DNA of 55,616 nucleotides from a virus. Taxonomy: Duplodnaviria; Caudoviricetes. The stretch is from the IMG/VR virus record IMGVR_UViG_3300028045_000018, positions 1 through 55,616 of that record; one strand, given 5' to 3'. Under the pieces are notes generated by a model that was not told the origin of the DNA, made no database searches, and saw only the letters and a list, made by a program, of their open reading frames with translations. Below are positions 55,012-55,616 of this stretch, in pieces. Within the stretch, counting starts at the first letter, position 1. Every line of letters starts with the position of its first letter. A program made the translations under genes and the position numbers.

Positions 55012-55616
55012 TCATTTTAGCTTTTTTACGACAGGCATTCTACGACCGGTCCCAAAGGCTACAGAACATACCTTAATACCAATGGCTGATTGACGACGCT
55101 TGAACTCACTTTTATCAACTAAATGTATCATTCTGTTGTAGTCTGCTTTTGCATTTGGCGTTTCAGCCCAGTTTTTAACTACTGTAATGTTAGTAGTATT
55201 TTTGAATTCATCGAAATCGCCAAGATAACATTCAATATATTGGTAAAGAATAGGATCTAGAATCTCATATGGCAATAAGCTATCATCATCTTTTTGATCT
55301 GGAGCCAATTCTGCACTTGGTGGTTTCTTAATGATATTAATAGGTATAAGTTCTTTTTTTGCTTTTTTATTAAAATATTCAGCTAAAGCATAAACAATAG
55401 TTTTATAGACATCGCTAATAGGAGCGAAACCTCCGCACATATCGCCGTAAAGCGTGCAATATCCGACTGATAGTTCAGATTTATTGCCAGTACTGAGAGG
55501 AAGCATGCCAAAAGCGTTTGAAGCGTGCATTACGGCTGCTCCGCGAATTCTAGCTTGCATATTTTGGTCTGCTACATCGTTGTATCCTTTATCAAATATT
55601 AATGCCTCGAATATAT
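55012..55616 (-). CDS. nadE: NAD+ synthetase (C-terminal part; starts beyond the window)
   Basis: QNMQARIRG, STGNKSE..VGYCTLYGD, PISDVYKT, PPSAELAPDQKDDDSL, SEFKRRQ. Confidence 0.93.
   Translation of the reverse strand, partial: IFEALIFDKGYNDVADQNMQARIRGAAVMHASNAFGMLPLSTGNKSELSVGYCTLYGDMCGGFAPISDVYKTIVYALAEYFNKKAKKELIPINIIKKPPSAELAPDQKDDDSLLPYEILDPILYQYIECYLGDFDEFKNTTNITVVKNWAETPNAKADYNRMIHLVDKSEFKRRQSAIGIKVCSVAFGTGRRMPVVKKLK

Noticed and set aside
1-55616. Genome-wide TAG recoding (genetic code 15)
   Set aside because: Long genes are intact in code 11 and many end properly in TAG (8080, 10005, 11364, 26050, 31591, 39352). Only the Pth2-like gene has internal TAGs in this window.

Overview
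This AT-rich, gene-dense 55.6 kb window looks like part of a large or jumbo tailed phage genome. It has about 17 tRNA genes without encoded CCA, two tandem sigma factors, homing endonucleases, a lysozyme and many short hypothetical genes. No capsid or terminase genes lie in the window, so the phage call is an inference. Main modules: (i) tRNA clusters at 2.1-3.4 kb and 44.2-47.2 kb, including a tRNA nested inside another tRNA's anticodon loop and a second intron-containing tRNA; (ii) an RNA-repair/NAD block (RNA ligase, Tpt1/KptA, metallophosphoesterase, NADAR, HAD, nicotinamidase, plus NUDIX and NadE at the right end); (iii) a vWA-PP2C-kinase (TerY-P-like) triad; (iv) a roughly 9.5 kb glycosyltransferase/FkbM methyltransferase island; (v) a SPASM-type radical SAM gene followed by eight tandem genes that all start with MK(I/Q)R(N/T)GFVSNSSxxSF, with a ninth copy at 12428; (vi) one intact and one internally deleted IscB/omegaRNA element; (vii) an amber-suppressor tRNA(CUA) about 335 bp upstream of a Pth2-like gene with two in-frame TAG codons, which the ORF track misses; (viii) a DUF6847-like gene followed by a structured RNA with heptamer repeats. 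Two recurrent promoter motifs are visible: TGTG-N13/14-TATAAT and AAGG-N15-nnnGAATA. All family assignments come from motif recognition by eye; no database searches or folding programs were run.
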